DNA from: an uncultured Muribaculaceae bacterium
GTDB lineage: Bacteria > Bacteroidota > Bacteroidia > Bacteroidales > Muribaculaceae
Assembly: GCA_910584055.1 (NCBI GenBank)
Contig: CAJTZS010000002.1
Coordinates: forward strand, 12,343 to 76,342
Direction: 5' to 3'
DNA length: 64,000 nucleotides
A program made the position numbers and the translations under genes. Under the pieces are notes generated by a model. That model saw only the letters and a program-made list of their open reading frames with translations, was not told the DNA's origin and made no database searches. Below are positions 39,542 to 48,907 of this stretch, piece by piece; the stretch's first letter is position 1; each line of letters begins with the position of its first letter.

Positions 39542-40915
39542 ATGAATAAGAGAATCAAGATCAGGGATGTTTTGTCATGCGCATTTCCGATTAGACACAT
39601 GATATTAAGTAGCCGGACCGGCAACTCTGAGCGACGCATATTGCTTGGTTATCTGGCATATATGTTTATAGGATTCATGCTGCTGATGTTGCCCGTTTCC
39701 CGAAACACCGATACAGGATGGCTCGACAATCTTTTTACGGCTGTATCGGCCGTGTCAACCACGGGCCTGGCAACCGTGGATATTCCATCAACCTACTCTA
39801 TTTTCGGGCAATGCGTGATTCTCATCCTCATCCAGATCGGAGGTATCGGCTACATGACAATGAGTTCGTATATATTCTTCCGGATATCGCATCATGCAGG
39901 CTATGACAACCGCCTTCTGGTAGACACCTCTTTCTCTCGCCCTCACGGAATGCCCCTCCAGGACCTTGTGAACAATATAATCCATTTCACTTTCATCTTC
40001 GAGCTGTTAGGTTTCATATCCTTTTTCTTCGCGCTCCATAACGCAGCCGCACCTTTGGCAGGTTGGAACGCCCTTTTCCTTTCAATATCTTCATTCTGCA
40101 CCGCCGGATTCAGTCCGTTCAGCGACTCTCTATGCAGCTTCAGCGACAATATTGCCATAAACCTCACTGTGGCAGCTCTGAGCTACGCAGGCGCAATGGG
40201 ATTTATCGTGATAACCGATATCCTTTACAAGATAAGGAAGCGCAACTATTCGCTCACATTCACAACGCGGGTGATAATGATAGTGACCGCAATAATGACC
40301 GCAGGGGGCACCCTCATTCTATTCTTCTCCCCTATCGCAACAACTGCAAGCGGATGGGGAGGCAAGATGCTGATGTCTTTCTTCCAGACCATGTCGGCGA
40401 TGACTACCGTGGGGTTCAACACCATGGACCTCGGAGTCCTTAAGGTAGGACCCATCCTCGTGTTTTCCCTCATCATGTTTGTTGGAGCATCCCCTTCCGG
40501 CACGGGAGGCGGCGTGAAAAGCACATCCGTATCCGCTGTTTGGGGATTCATCGTATCCAAACTCGGATTACGCAGGAGAATCACGTTCATGGGGCGCGAA
40601 ATACCGCATTACCGCGTGGAGACAGCCCTCACAAGCGTTATCACATATGGAGTGATGATTTTTCTCGGCTGCATAGTGCTCTCATATTGCGAACCGTTCC
40701 CGTTGTCGCAGCTTCTGTTCGAAGCTTCATCCGCCATCGGGACGGTCGGGCTGAGCACCGGCATAACGCCTCAGCTTTCCGCTACGGGGAAAATAACCAT
40801 TATCGTGTTGATGTATATCGGACGCATCGGGGTGATAACATTTGGCACAGCCTTAGTAGGCAGGCTCAAAGAGAAAAAACTGAATCGGCGGAAGAAAGAA
40901 GACCTGGTAGCGTAA
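39542..40915 (+). CDS. KtrB/TrkH family potassium uptake membrane protein
   Basis: Four pore loops STTGL, CTAGF, TTVGF, GTVGL; GASPSGTGGGVK; MYIGRIG. Confidence 0.92.
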   Translation: MNKRIKIRDVLSCAFPIRHMILSSRTGNSERRILLGYLAYMFIGFMLLMLPVSRNTDTGWLDNLFTAVSAVSTTGLATVDIPSTYSIFGQCVILILIQIGGIGYMTMSSYIFFRISHHAGYDNRLLVDTSFSRPHGMPLQDLVNNIIHFTFIFELLGFISFFFALHNAAAPLAGWNALFLSISSFCTAGFSPFSDSLCSFSDNIAINLTVAALSYAGAMGFIVITDILYKIRKRNYSLTFTTRVIMIVTAIMTAGGTLILFFSPIATTASGWGGKMLMSFFQTMSAMTTVGFNTMDLGVLKVGPILVFSLIMFVGASPSGTGGGVKSTSVSAVWGFIVSKLGLRRRITFMGREIPHYRVETALTSVITYGVMIFLGCIVLSYCEPFPLSQLLFEASSAIGTVGLSTGITPQLSATGKITIIVLMYIGRIGVITFGTALVGRLKEKKLNRRKKEDLVA

Positions 40916-41041
40916 ACAACTTGACTACCTGTTAAACAAGCTCTAAATTTCTCCTATTTTTAGGTATGGCGACATTTGAATTTTTAGATTAATTTTGCAG
41001 TGTCGTTACAAGAGCATCATAAATTAGTTTAAACAACTTCT

Positions 41042-41977
41042 ATGATAAAATCGTCTATAAAATATCTGGCCGCCGATAGAATCCGCGATTTAGTTGAAGA
41101 CAATAATCAATTATTGCTGGTGCTTAACCGTTTCCATATCCCTTTCGGCTTCGGAGACAAGACAGTTGGAGAGATTTGCGACGAGCGGGGAATTGATTGC
41201 CCCACCTTTCTCGCCATTGCGAATCTAATAAGCGGCAAAAGATTCTCCATAGATGAAATTGAATTACCCACCTTATTGTCATACTTAAGAGAAGCGCACT
41301 CCTACATATTGGACTTCAGGCTTCCCGACATTCGCGAAACGCTTGTCAGTGCCGTTCATCAACAAAGGCTTGACGACGTGGCCGTCCATATAATCAAATT
41401 CTTTGATGAATACGCCGATGAGGTCCTCAGCCATATGGATTATGAGGACAAGACAGTGTTCCCGTATATTGAAAAATTATTGAAAGGCATTCCTACCAAG
41501 GATTTCAAGATATCCGATTTCGCTTCAAAGCATGAATCAGTGGTATCCAAATTAAATGAGCTGAAGGATATATTCCTCCAGCACTATTCGATGCCGAACA
41601 CCCGGATGCTGAACCGTGCCCTTTTCAACATATCGGCATGCGGCGAAGATTTGGTTTCCCACTGTGAAATCGAGAATGTTATCCTTATACCCACTGTGGA
41701 GGCTCTTGAAAAAAATGTATATACGGCAAACCACAATCAGAAGGCAGTGGTTTCCAGCAATCAAGAACTGAGCCAAAGGGAGAAAGATATAATACGTTTA
41801 GTTGCACACGGCCTCGCCAACAAGGAAATCGCAGATAAGCTTTTCCTCTCTTTCCATACGATAACCACTTACCGCAAGAACATAAGTGCCAAACTTAACA
41901 TCCATTCCACGGCGGCCCTTACCATATACGCCATCCTTCACGGGATTGTGGACCCGAAAGAAATAGAATTAAAGTAA
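41042..41977 (+). CDS. Hemerythrin-like domain + LuxR C-terminal HTH transcriptional regulator
   Basis: FGFGDKTVGEIC N-terminus; HSY, HMDYED, H, HCEIEN metal ligands; LSQREKDII...NKEIADKLFLSFHTITTYRKNI. Confidence 0.87.
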   Translation: MIKSSIKYLAADRIRDLVEDNNQLLLVLNRFHIPFGFGDKTVGEICDERGIDCPTFLAIANLISGKRFSIDEIELPTLLSYLREAHSYILDFRLPDIRETLVSAVHQQRLDDVAVHIIKFFDEYADEVLSHMDYEDKTVFPYIEKLLKGIPTKDFKISDFASKHESVVSKLNELKDIFLQHYSMPNTRMLNRALFNISACGEDLVSHCEIENVILIPTVEALEKNVYTANHNQKAVVSSNQELSQREKDIIRLVAHGLANKEIADKLFLSFHTITTYRKNISAKLNIHSTAALTIYAILHGIVDPKEIELK

Positions 41978-42013
41978 GCCATGATTATATAGGGCAGGTA
42001 TGCCTTAAGGATG

Positions 42014-42049
42014 GCGCCCCAAAAGTCCGGATTATGACTTTTGGGGCGC
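42014..42049. terminator. Hairpin between convergent genes
   Basis: GCGCCCCAAAAGTC / GACTTTTGGGGCGC. Confidence 0.75.
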
Positions 42050-42073
42050 GATCAACATCGTTCAGGACATATA

Positions 42074-42523
42074 TCATTCCTGATTACATGTTCCTTTGTA
42101 TATTCCGAGAAGGTCGAAACGGTGCTTAACCCCGTCCGAGAGACCGATGTCATAGCCGGCATTGCGTTTCTTGATACTTACAGCCTTAAGCCCGCTGAAG
42201 TTCTTTGAAATGTAACGGCGTATGGTTTTTGGCACTAAATCCTCCGGCAGTTCTTTCTTCCCGCAATCTACCGAAGTCCATTTTCCTTTATTGCTGAATT
42301 CAATTTTCGTGCCGTTGGTAAGTTTCACGTCATAATCCGTCTTCTTGAGCAGATGCCTGTCGACCTTGATCATGCTCACCTTGGCTTTCGGGAAATAATC
42401 CGTCAGCATCTGGCGTGCCTCTTCGGGGAGGTTGTCGCGGTTAAGCGTGTATTTGTCAATAAAGGCATGTGCAGCCGAGACACTCATCAGCAACGTCATC
42501 AGGGTAAAAAGTAATTTCTTCAT
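42074..42523 (-). CDS. PepSY-like (BLIP-like) periplasmic protein
   Basis: Signal peptide; LPEEARQ..DYFP, YDVKLTNGTKIEF..KGKW..VD, LVP..I..YI..NF. Confidence 0.8.
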   Translation of the reverse strand: MKKLLFTLMTLLMSVSAAHAFIDKYTLNRDNLPEEARQMLTDYFPKAKVSMIKVDRHLLKKTDYDVKLTNGTKIEFSNKGKWTSVDCGKKELPEDLVPKTIRRYISKNFSGLKAVSIKKRNAGYDIGLSDGVKHRFDLLGIYKGTCNQE

Positions 42524-42651
42524 GCAATTGATTATTAAATTTGTTCATACCCTTTAACGCACATATTTCGCCAATATGATTCCTTTTAATAATCATTATA
42601 TATCATTCACCTATGTTAATGAAGACGGTGTGTCAGCGGCCGGACAAGCCT

Positions 42652-43722
42652 TCAAATCTTGATGTATATGCGGCGGCGATAGAGCGGCAGTCCGATAAGT
42701 CCGCACAGCAGCATCAACGCCACGGCATAAATGGCAGACGCGAGTTTGGGAATCTGCGCCCAACCGAGAATCCAGGCATAGATTTCCGGCTTCGCACCTG
42801 TAACCCCAAGAATTATCCCTGCCAAATCGCCAAGGACATAGAGAAAGAGAGGATTAACTCCGAACGCTTCGAAGAATGACCATCCCCTCTTATAGCCCCT
42901 GACATCGGTGAAATAAGATATTGTGGCAAGCAATGCCGCTGCCATACCACAGGTAATCAACACATAGCTCGGACTCCATATCCGTTTGTTTTCCGGAAGG
43001 ATACCGCTTATCAAGAAACCCCCGATAAGGAGCAAAGCCGCGGTCACGAACAGTTTCATCAGCCGGGTGTCAAGCTCCTCCCTCTTCATCAGTATAGCCC
43101 CGCAGCAAAATCCTATGACAGTATGCGCCACGGCGGGGATTGTTCCCAATACACCCTCCGGGTCAACCGGACGCTTCGTATACAGCAAACCCTCCGGAAG
43201 GAGAAACCTGTCTACCACGGCATTGATATTGGAGAGATCATTTACATAACCATTGAAAAGCAATAGAATCGCGCCGTAGACAGCTAGGAGCACACCGGCA
43301 GTGACCGCCATGGCACGCCTGCTCATACATATGGCCATAAGGGAAACGATACCGTAACAGAGGGCTATGCGCGTCAAGACACCCGTAAGCCGCAGATGCC
43401 CGAAATCAAGCCATCCCTTCCCGTAGCATACATTCGCAAACCAATGGATCGCCCATCCGATAAACATTATGAGCACCGTGCGTTTGAAAATTTTGCGTAG
43501 AGCCTTTCCGGAGGGTGCGAAATTGCTCTTGGAGAGCGATAGATAAGTCGTAACACCCATGATAAACAAGAAAAACGGGAAGACAAGGTCACAGACCGTG
43601 ATGCCGTTCCAGTCGCTATGCTCCAGATGCATATAACTTTCCGGACCGCCGCCGTTGTTGACGATAATCATGCATACTATTGTCATGCCGCGCATGATGT
43701 CAAGAGATAGAAGACGCTTCAT
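42652..43722 (-). CDS. Heparan-alpha-glucosaminide N-acetyltransferase family (NagX/DUF5009-like) membrane protein
   Basis: RLLSLDIMRG, H.DWNG, DLVFPFFLFIMG, DPEG, NKRIWSPSY, GVNPL. Confidence 0.88.
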   Translation of the reverse strand: MKRLLSLDIMRGMTIVCMIIVNNGGGPESYMHLEHSDWNGITVCDLVFPFFLFIMGVTTYLSLSKSNFAPSGKALRKIFKRTVLIMFIGWAIHWFANVCYGKGWLDFGHLRLTGVLTRIALCYGIVSLMAICMSRRAMAVTAGVLLAVYGAILLLFNGYVNDLSNINAVVDRFLLPEGLLYTKRPVDPEGVLGTIPAVAHTVIGFCCGAILMKREELDTRLMKLFVTAALLLIGGFLISGILPENKRIWSPSYVLITCGMAAALLATISYFTDVRGYKRGWSFFEAFGVNPLFLYVLGDLAGIILGVTGAKPEIYAWILGWAQIPKLASAIYAVALMLLCGLIGLPLYRRRIYIKI

Positions 43723-44144
43723 TTAATGTGGAATGTTTAATGTGGAATGTTTAATGCCATGCAAAAATAGTGTTTTTAATCAACTTTTGGCAATTTATCC
43801 ATATAAAAGAAATATATGTGACACTATTTTATGTTAATATATGTTAAAAATGGGGGGGGTATTAATAAAATTTAAAAATTTATACATATCTTTGCCGCCG
43901 TTAAACACAAATTAACACTTGACAAATGCCAAAGGATTTTCAGAATCCAAAGCAAAAACAAACCCTGTTGGCTACTTAAATAGCAATATGACCCTGAAAG
44001 CCGAAAACCACCGGCAACCAAAACACACCTTGAAACCTGTTGCATTGACTGAGACTCAACATTAAAATCCGTCTGATTTTTCCGCCGAGGTAAATACGAT
44101 GACGGAGAGGAGCTACTATTTTCTAATTAAATAATAATTTGCGT

Positions 44145-47100
44145 ATGAAAAAGCTGTTTTTCTTACTCTTGCTTGCAGCTACAGCCCTGGCAATGGATGC
44201 TCAGAAAGTTCGCACCATAAGCGGGACAGTGGTGTTCGCGGCTGACGAAGAGCCGCTCGCCGGAGCGACAATCCTCCCTGTTGGAGGGGGACGCGGCGCC
44301 GCCACCGACATCGACGGAAGATTCACCCTGACCGTCCCTGCGTCAGTAAAGAAGCTCAATGTATCCTACGTTGGAATGATAACCCGCCAAGTGGACATTC
44401 CCGCAGACGGAGTGATGCTTATCAAGCTCACAAGCTCCACCGACATGCAACTTGACCAGGTTGTTGTCACGGCTTTCGGTATGAAAAAAGACCGCAAAGG
44501 TCTCGGATATGCCGTGCAGGACCTTAAAGCCGAAGACCTCAACACCGACGGCACCACATCCCTCGCATCCGCAATGCAGGGAAAACTGACAGGTGTGGAC
44601 ATCCGCCCCTCCTCAGGAGCACCGGGGGCGTCGAATCAGATCGTGATTCGCGGTGCACGCTCATTCGACGGCAATAACCAACCGCTGTATGTGGTTGACG
44701 GAATGCCTATCGAATCGCAGGCCGATTTCAGCACCGGCTATTCCGTTACGGGCGCCAATCTCGCTGACCGTTCGATCGACATAAATCCCGACGACATCGA
44801 AAGCATTAACGTGCTGAAAGGGCAGGCAGCATCAGCCCTTTACGGCATACGCGCCTCCAACGGAGTGATAGTCATCACCACCAAACGAGGCAAAATGCTG
44901 TCAAACAAACCGACCGTCACCCTCTCCACCAACCTTTCAGGAGAAACCGTATCACGTAAATTCAAACGACAGGACATATATGCCCAAGGTAACTCCATCT
45001 CGGCATACAACCCTTCCTCGTCAATGACATGGGGTCCGAAAATTTCCTCCCTTCCTGACGATCCGAAATACGGAGGAAACAGCCAGGGACACCCCGGGAT
45101 GTATTACAACTCTAAATACGAAATGGCAGGTCTCGACGGATGGAGCGCTCCAACAATCCATGACAATGTCGGCGACTTCTTCAACACCGGTTTCACCGAA
45201 AACACCAATTTCTCAATCTCGCAGCGCACCGAACGCGCTTCCTATTCATTCGGCCTTAACAATTCTTATCAGAAGGGTATCGTTCCCTCCACCGGCATGA
45301 ACAGATGGAGCGCGCGCGGCCTCGTGGACTGGAATATCAATACAGAATGGAAAACCGGATTCTCCGCCAACTACTCTTCTTCAAAAATCACATCGGCGCC
45401 GGGTGCAAATTCAGGTATCATGAATGTAGTATATTCCGCACCTTCGGAATATGACCTCAAAGGCACTCCATATCACGTGCCTGACTATCCCACTCAGCAG
45501 GTACTCTTCCGATCCACTAACTTCAACAACCCATATTGGTGGGCGGCAAATGATGAATACCTGCAGCACACAAACCGCGTTTTCGGCAACGCATATGTGG
45601 AATACCACCCCAATATCAACTGGGGCGACAATTATACCCTATGGTTCCGCGAACAGGCCGGTCTGGATGTATACACATCCAATTATACCGACATGGCAGA
45701 GGTGGGTTCTGCCGCAAATACCAGCGGTGAAATCACCAACTATGGCGTAAGCCGCAATATTTTCAACAATCTTTTCACAGCCAACTTCAACGCAATCTGG
45801 GGTGACTTCGATTTCGATGCCATGCTCGGATGCGAGATAAATCAGGACAACGCCCGCTGGTGGAACTACTATGGATCCAATTTCAATTTCTACGGACTTC
45901 CAACCATCAGCAACGCAACAAATTTCACAAGTTCTGAATACACCGCGCAGGAACGCACCGTGGGTTTCTTCGGGCAACTCGGCCTGAGCTGGAAAAGCAT
46001 GCTGTTCCTTACGGCAACGGGACGAAACGATTACATTTCCACCATGCCGAGCGGCAACAGGTCGTTCTTCTACCCTTCGGTATCTCTCGGATGGGTATTC
46101 ACCGAACTTGAACCCCTGAAAGGCAACACGGCTTTCAACTTCGGTAAACTGAGGTTATCGTATGCACAGGTAGGACAGGCAGGACAGTTCTTGCGTAATT
46201 ATTATTACACCCCAAGCTATGGTTCGGGAATGTATTCCTACACGCCTGTAACATATCCCATAAAGGGAGGCACTTCATCATTCGTACCGTATTACGCGCT
46301 TTATGATCCCGACCTGAAACCGCAGAACACTGAAAACATAGAATTCGGAATCGACCTCGGATTCTTCCAGAACAGGCTGCGTTTCGAATACACCGCTTCA
46401 TTCCAGAATGTCAAGGATCAGATTTTCGCCGTGCCTATGGCTGGCTCAACCGGTTATTCGGAGAAAATCACGAATGCAGGCCAGATGCGCACATGGAGCC
46501 ATGAGTTCAGCATCAGCGGAGCCATCCTCCAACATGCCGACTATGACCTCAACCTTGGGGTGAACTTCACTGCCGTTGATAACAAGGTGGTGTCTCTCGC
46601 TCCCGGTGTCGAGTCTATAATGCTCGGCGGATTTGTCGAGCCTCAGATACGCGCGCAGGCCGGATGCACATACCCCAATATTTATGGTGTAGCTTTCAAA
46701 CGCAACGAGAACGGCCAATTGCTCCTCTCCGACGGTCTGCCGCAAGGCACCGCCGACAGTCAGGACCTCGGCAACTGCTCCCCCGATTTCGTGATGGGAT
46801 TCAATCTTAGCGCAAGATACAAACGGCTGTCACTCAACACAACGTGGAGCTGGAACAAGGGTGGCAAAATGTATCACGGCACCAACCTGACCCTTAATTA
46901 CTTCGGCGCGACAAAGGAATCAATACCTTTCCACGAAGGAACGATGATTGCCGAAGGTATAGATGAGGCGACAGGCCTTCCCAACACCGTAGAAGTCTCA
47001 AAACAGGATTATTACATGACCTATAACGATGTGACGGAAGCCGGCATTTATGACACAAGCTTCCTCAAAATACGCGACATCACCCTCACCTACCAGCTCC

Positions 47101-47282
47101 CGAAACTCGGAGCCTTCCAGATCGATGTATTCGGTTTTGCAAGGAACATACTCGTATGGAGCAAGATGCCTAACTTCGATCCCGAATCATCGCAGGGCAA
47201 CAACAATATGGGTGGATACTTCGAGCGCTTCTCCGTGCCGAACACAAGTTCTTTCGGAGGCGGTCTTAAAATTACTTTCTAA
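44145..47282 (+). CDS. SusC/RagA TonB-dependent transporter
   Basis: DINPDDIESINVLKGQAASALYG.RASNGVIVITTKRG; C-terminal F; ATG at 44145; TATCTTTG promoter at 43887-43894. Confidence 0.96.
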   Translation: MKKLFFLLLLAATALAMDAQKVRTISGTVVFAADEEPLAGATILPVGGGRGAATDIDGRFTLTVPASVKKLNVSYVGMITRQVDIPADGVMLIKLTSSTDMQLDQVVVTAFGMKKDRKGLGYAVQDLKAEDLNTDGTTSLASAMQGKLTGVDIRPSSGAPGASNQIVIRGARSFDGNNQPLYVVDGMPIESQADFSTGYSVTGANLADRSIDINPDDIESINVLKGQAASALYGIRASNGVIVITTKRGKMLSNKPTVTLSTNLSGETVSRKFKRQDIYAQGNSISAYNPSSSMTWGPKISSLPDDPKYGGNSQGHPGMYYNSKYEMAGLDGWSAPTIHDNVGDFFNTGFTENTNFSISQRTERASYSFGLNNSYQKGIVPSTGMNRWSARGLVDWNINTEWKTGFSANYSSSKITSAPGANSGIMNVVYSAPSEYDLKGTPYHVPDYPTQQVLFRSTNFNNPYWWAANDEYLQHTNRVFGNAYVEYHPNINWGDNYTLWFREQAGLDVYTSNYTDMAEVGSAANTSGEITNYGVSRNIFNNLFTANFNAIWGDFDFDAMLGCEINQDNARWWNYYGSNFNFYGLPTISNATNFTSSEYTAQERTVGFFGQLGLSWKSMLFLTATGRNDYISTMPSGNRSFFYPSVSLGWVFTELEPLKGNTAFNFGKLRLSYAQVGQAGQFLRNYYYTPSYGSGMYSYTPVTYPIKGGTSSFVPYYALYDPDLKPQNTENIEFGIDLGFFQNRLRFEYTASFQNVKDQIFAVPMAGSTGYSEKITNAGQMRTWSHEFSISGAILQHADYDLNLGVNFTAVDNKVVSLAPGVESIMLGGFVEPQIRAQAGCTYPNIYGVAFKRNENGQLLLSDGLPQGTADSQDLGNCSPDFVMGFNLSARYKRLSLNTTWSWNKGGKMYHGTNLTLNYFGATKESIPFHEGTMIAEGIDEATGLPNTVEVSKQDYYMTYNDVTEAGIYDTSFLKIRDITLTYQLPKLGAFQIDVFGFARNILVWSKMPNFDPESSQGNNNMGGYFERFSVPNTSSFGGGLKITF

Positions 47283-47303
47283 AAATTCTAAATCTTGTAA
47301 GAA

Positions 47304-48827
47304 ATGAAAACCAGATATCTTATATATGCCCTCTCCTCACTGTTCCTTCTGGGTTCTTGCACAGACTCGGTAATGGACAAAATCAACAAGGACACCCATA
47401 ACCCGCCTGAGGATATGGTGCCCGCTAAATTCCAGCTTACCGATGCCATTACATCCACGGCATATTCCACACTCGCGGGAGCCTATGCATGGTATGTAGG
47501 CAGTTATACAGAACAGATCTTCGGCACAGGCAACAACCAGCTGATGAAGGCGGAATTACGAAACCGCATCGAAACGGCGGCTTCGACAACGTTCAATAAC
47601 GAATGGAATGCAACGTACGGCAATCTTCAGAATATCAAACAGCTGATGGCCAAGTGTTCGGAAGGCGGCATGAGTCCTGACTACTACGACATAAAAGCCA
47701 TGGGGGAAGTGCTTTGGGTGCTGACGGCGGAAACCTTGACAACCCTTCACGGAGACATCCCTTATTCGCAGGCTCTTGACAAAAACAATTATACGCCCGC
47801 AATCGATAAGCAGGAAAGCATCTACAAGGACCTATGCGGCCGCATCGACGGGGCAATCGGAGATCTCGAAAGCGCGGTCACGGAATTTGGAGGCAAGTCA
47901 AATGCCGGTTCACAGGATATTCTCTTCAACGGTGATTTAAGCCAATGGTTAGGTTTCGCATATGCAGTGAAAGCCAAGGTACTTGTTGACGGGGCATTTC
48001 GCTATCCCGAAAATTACGCGGCTGCAGCCATAGCCGCCGAAACAGCTTTCGACAATGGCTTTGCCGGGGCATCGCTGGGAATATTCAATGGTGTCAGCAC
48101 CGACAATAGCTGGGCCGCATATCACTGGAGCCGCCAGTATTCGGGAGCAAACGGAACGGTCGTAGACCTTCTTAAAACCCGCAATGATGATCGTCTCGCA
48201 CTATATTCATGCTATGGCTATGACGATTACGGCTATACCATAGTGATGGATGAATCCTATCCCGCTCCTTATGCCCCCGCAGGCGATGCCGCTCTCGCGC
48301 AAGCCACCGTCACGGTAGGATTCCCTGCATGGTTTGAGAATGGAGCCGCGACTATAGATTACATCAGCGAATCGGAATTGCATTTCATTCTTGCCGAATG
48401 TCTGGCACGCACGGGCAAAGATGCCACCGAACACTTCAAAGCCGGTATCAAGGCTTCTTTCGCGGACATGGAAGAGGCGGCAGGCGAACCCGGATTCTTC
48501 GCTCCCGAAGATGTGGATGCATACATCGCTACGCTCCCTGTCACACTCGAAGAGATAATGGTCCAGAAATATCTGTCGGAAACACGCGACGGCCAGCTCT
48601 ACACTTATAATGACCTTCGCCGCTGCAAGGCCCAGGGCGAAGAATTTATAAAACTCAAAAATCCTAACAACACTTCCGGCGGTCGCAACCAATGGCCGTT
48701 GCGTCTCCCTTATGGAAACAGCGACGTGCTTTCAAACCCCAATGTATCGGCAGCATTCGGATCGGGCAATGACGCGGGCAGCTATCTCTTCACTGAGAAT
48801 ATCTGGCTGTTCGGAGGGAACAGATAA
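47304..48827 (+). CDS. SusD/RagB family lipoprotein
   Basis: Lipobox LGS-C; HGDIPYSQA, ELHFILAE, IMVQKY, YNDLRR, WPLRLPY. Confidence 0.92.
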   Translation: MKTRYLIYALSSLFLLGSCTDSVMDKINKDTHNPPEDMVPAKFQLTDAITSTAYSTLAGAYAWYVGSYTEQIFGTGNNQLMKAELRNRIETAASTTFNNEWNATYGNLQNIKQLMAKCSEGGMSPDYYDIKAMGEVLWVLTAETLTTLHGDIPYSQALDKNNYTPAIDKQESIYKDLCGRIDGAIGDLESAVTEFGGKSNAGSQDILFNGDLSQWLGFAYAVKAKVLVDGAFRYPENYAAAAIAAETAFDNGFAGASLGIFNGVSTDNSWAAYHWSRQYSGANGTVVDLLKTRNDDRLALYSCYGYDDYGYTIVMDESYPAPYAPAGDAALAQATVTVGFPAWFENGAATIDYISESELHFILAECLARTGKDATEHFKAGIKASFADMEEAAGEPGFFAPEDVDAYIATLPVTLEEIMVQKYLSETRDGQLYTYNDLRRCKAQGEEFIKLKNPNNTSGGRNQWPLRLPYGNSDVLSNPNVSAAFGSGNDAGSYLFTENIWLFGGNR

Positions 48828-48862
48828 TCCTGTTGCTATTCTTAGAGATAAGTTCACAGGAA

Positions 48863-48894
48863 GGAGGGGGACGCCGTTGATGGCATCCCCCTCT
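48863..48894. terminator. Hairpin between convergent susD and GH92
   Basis: GAGGGGGACGCC-GTTGAT-GGCATCCCCCTC imperfect stem. Confidence 0.65.
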
Positions 48895-48907
48895 ATATTT
48901 CAGTTAA

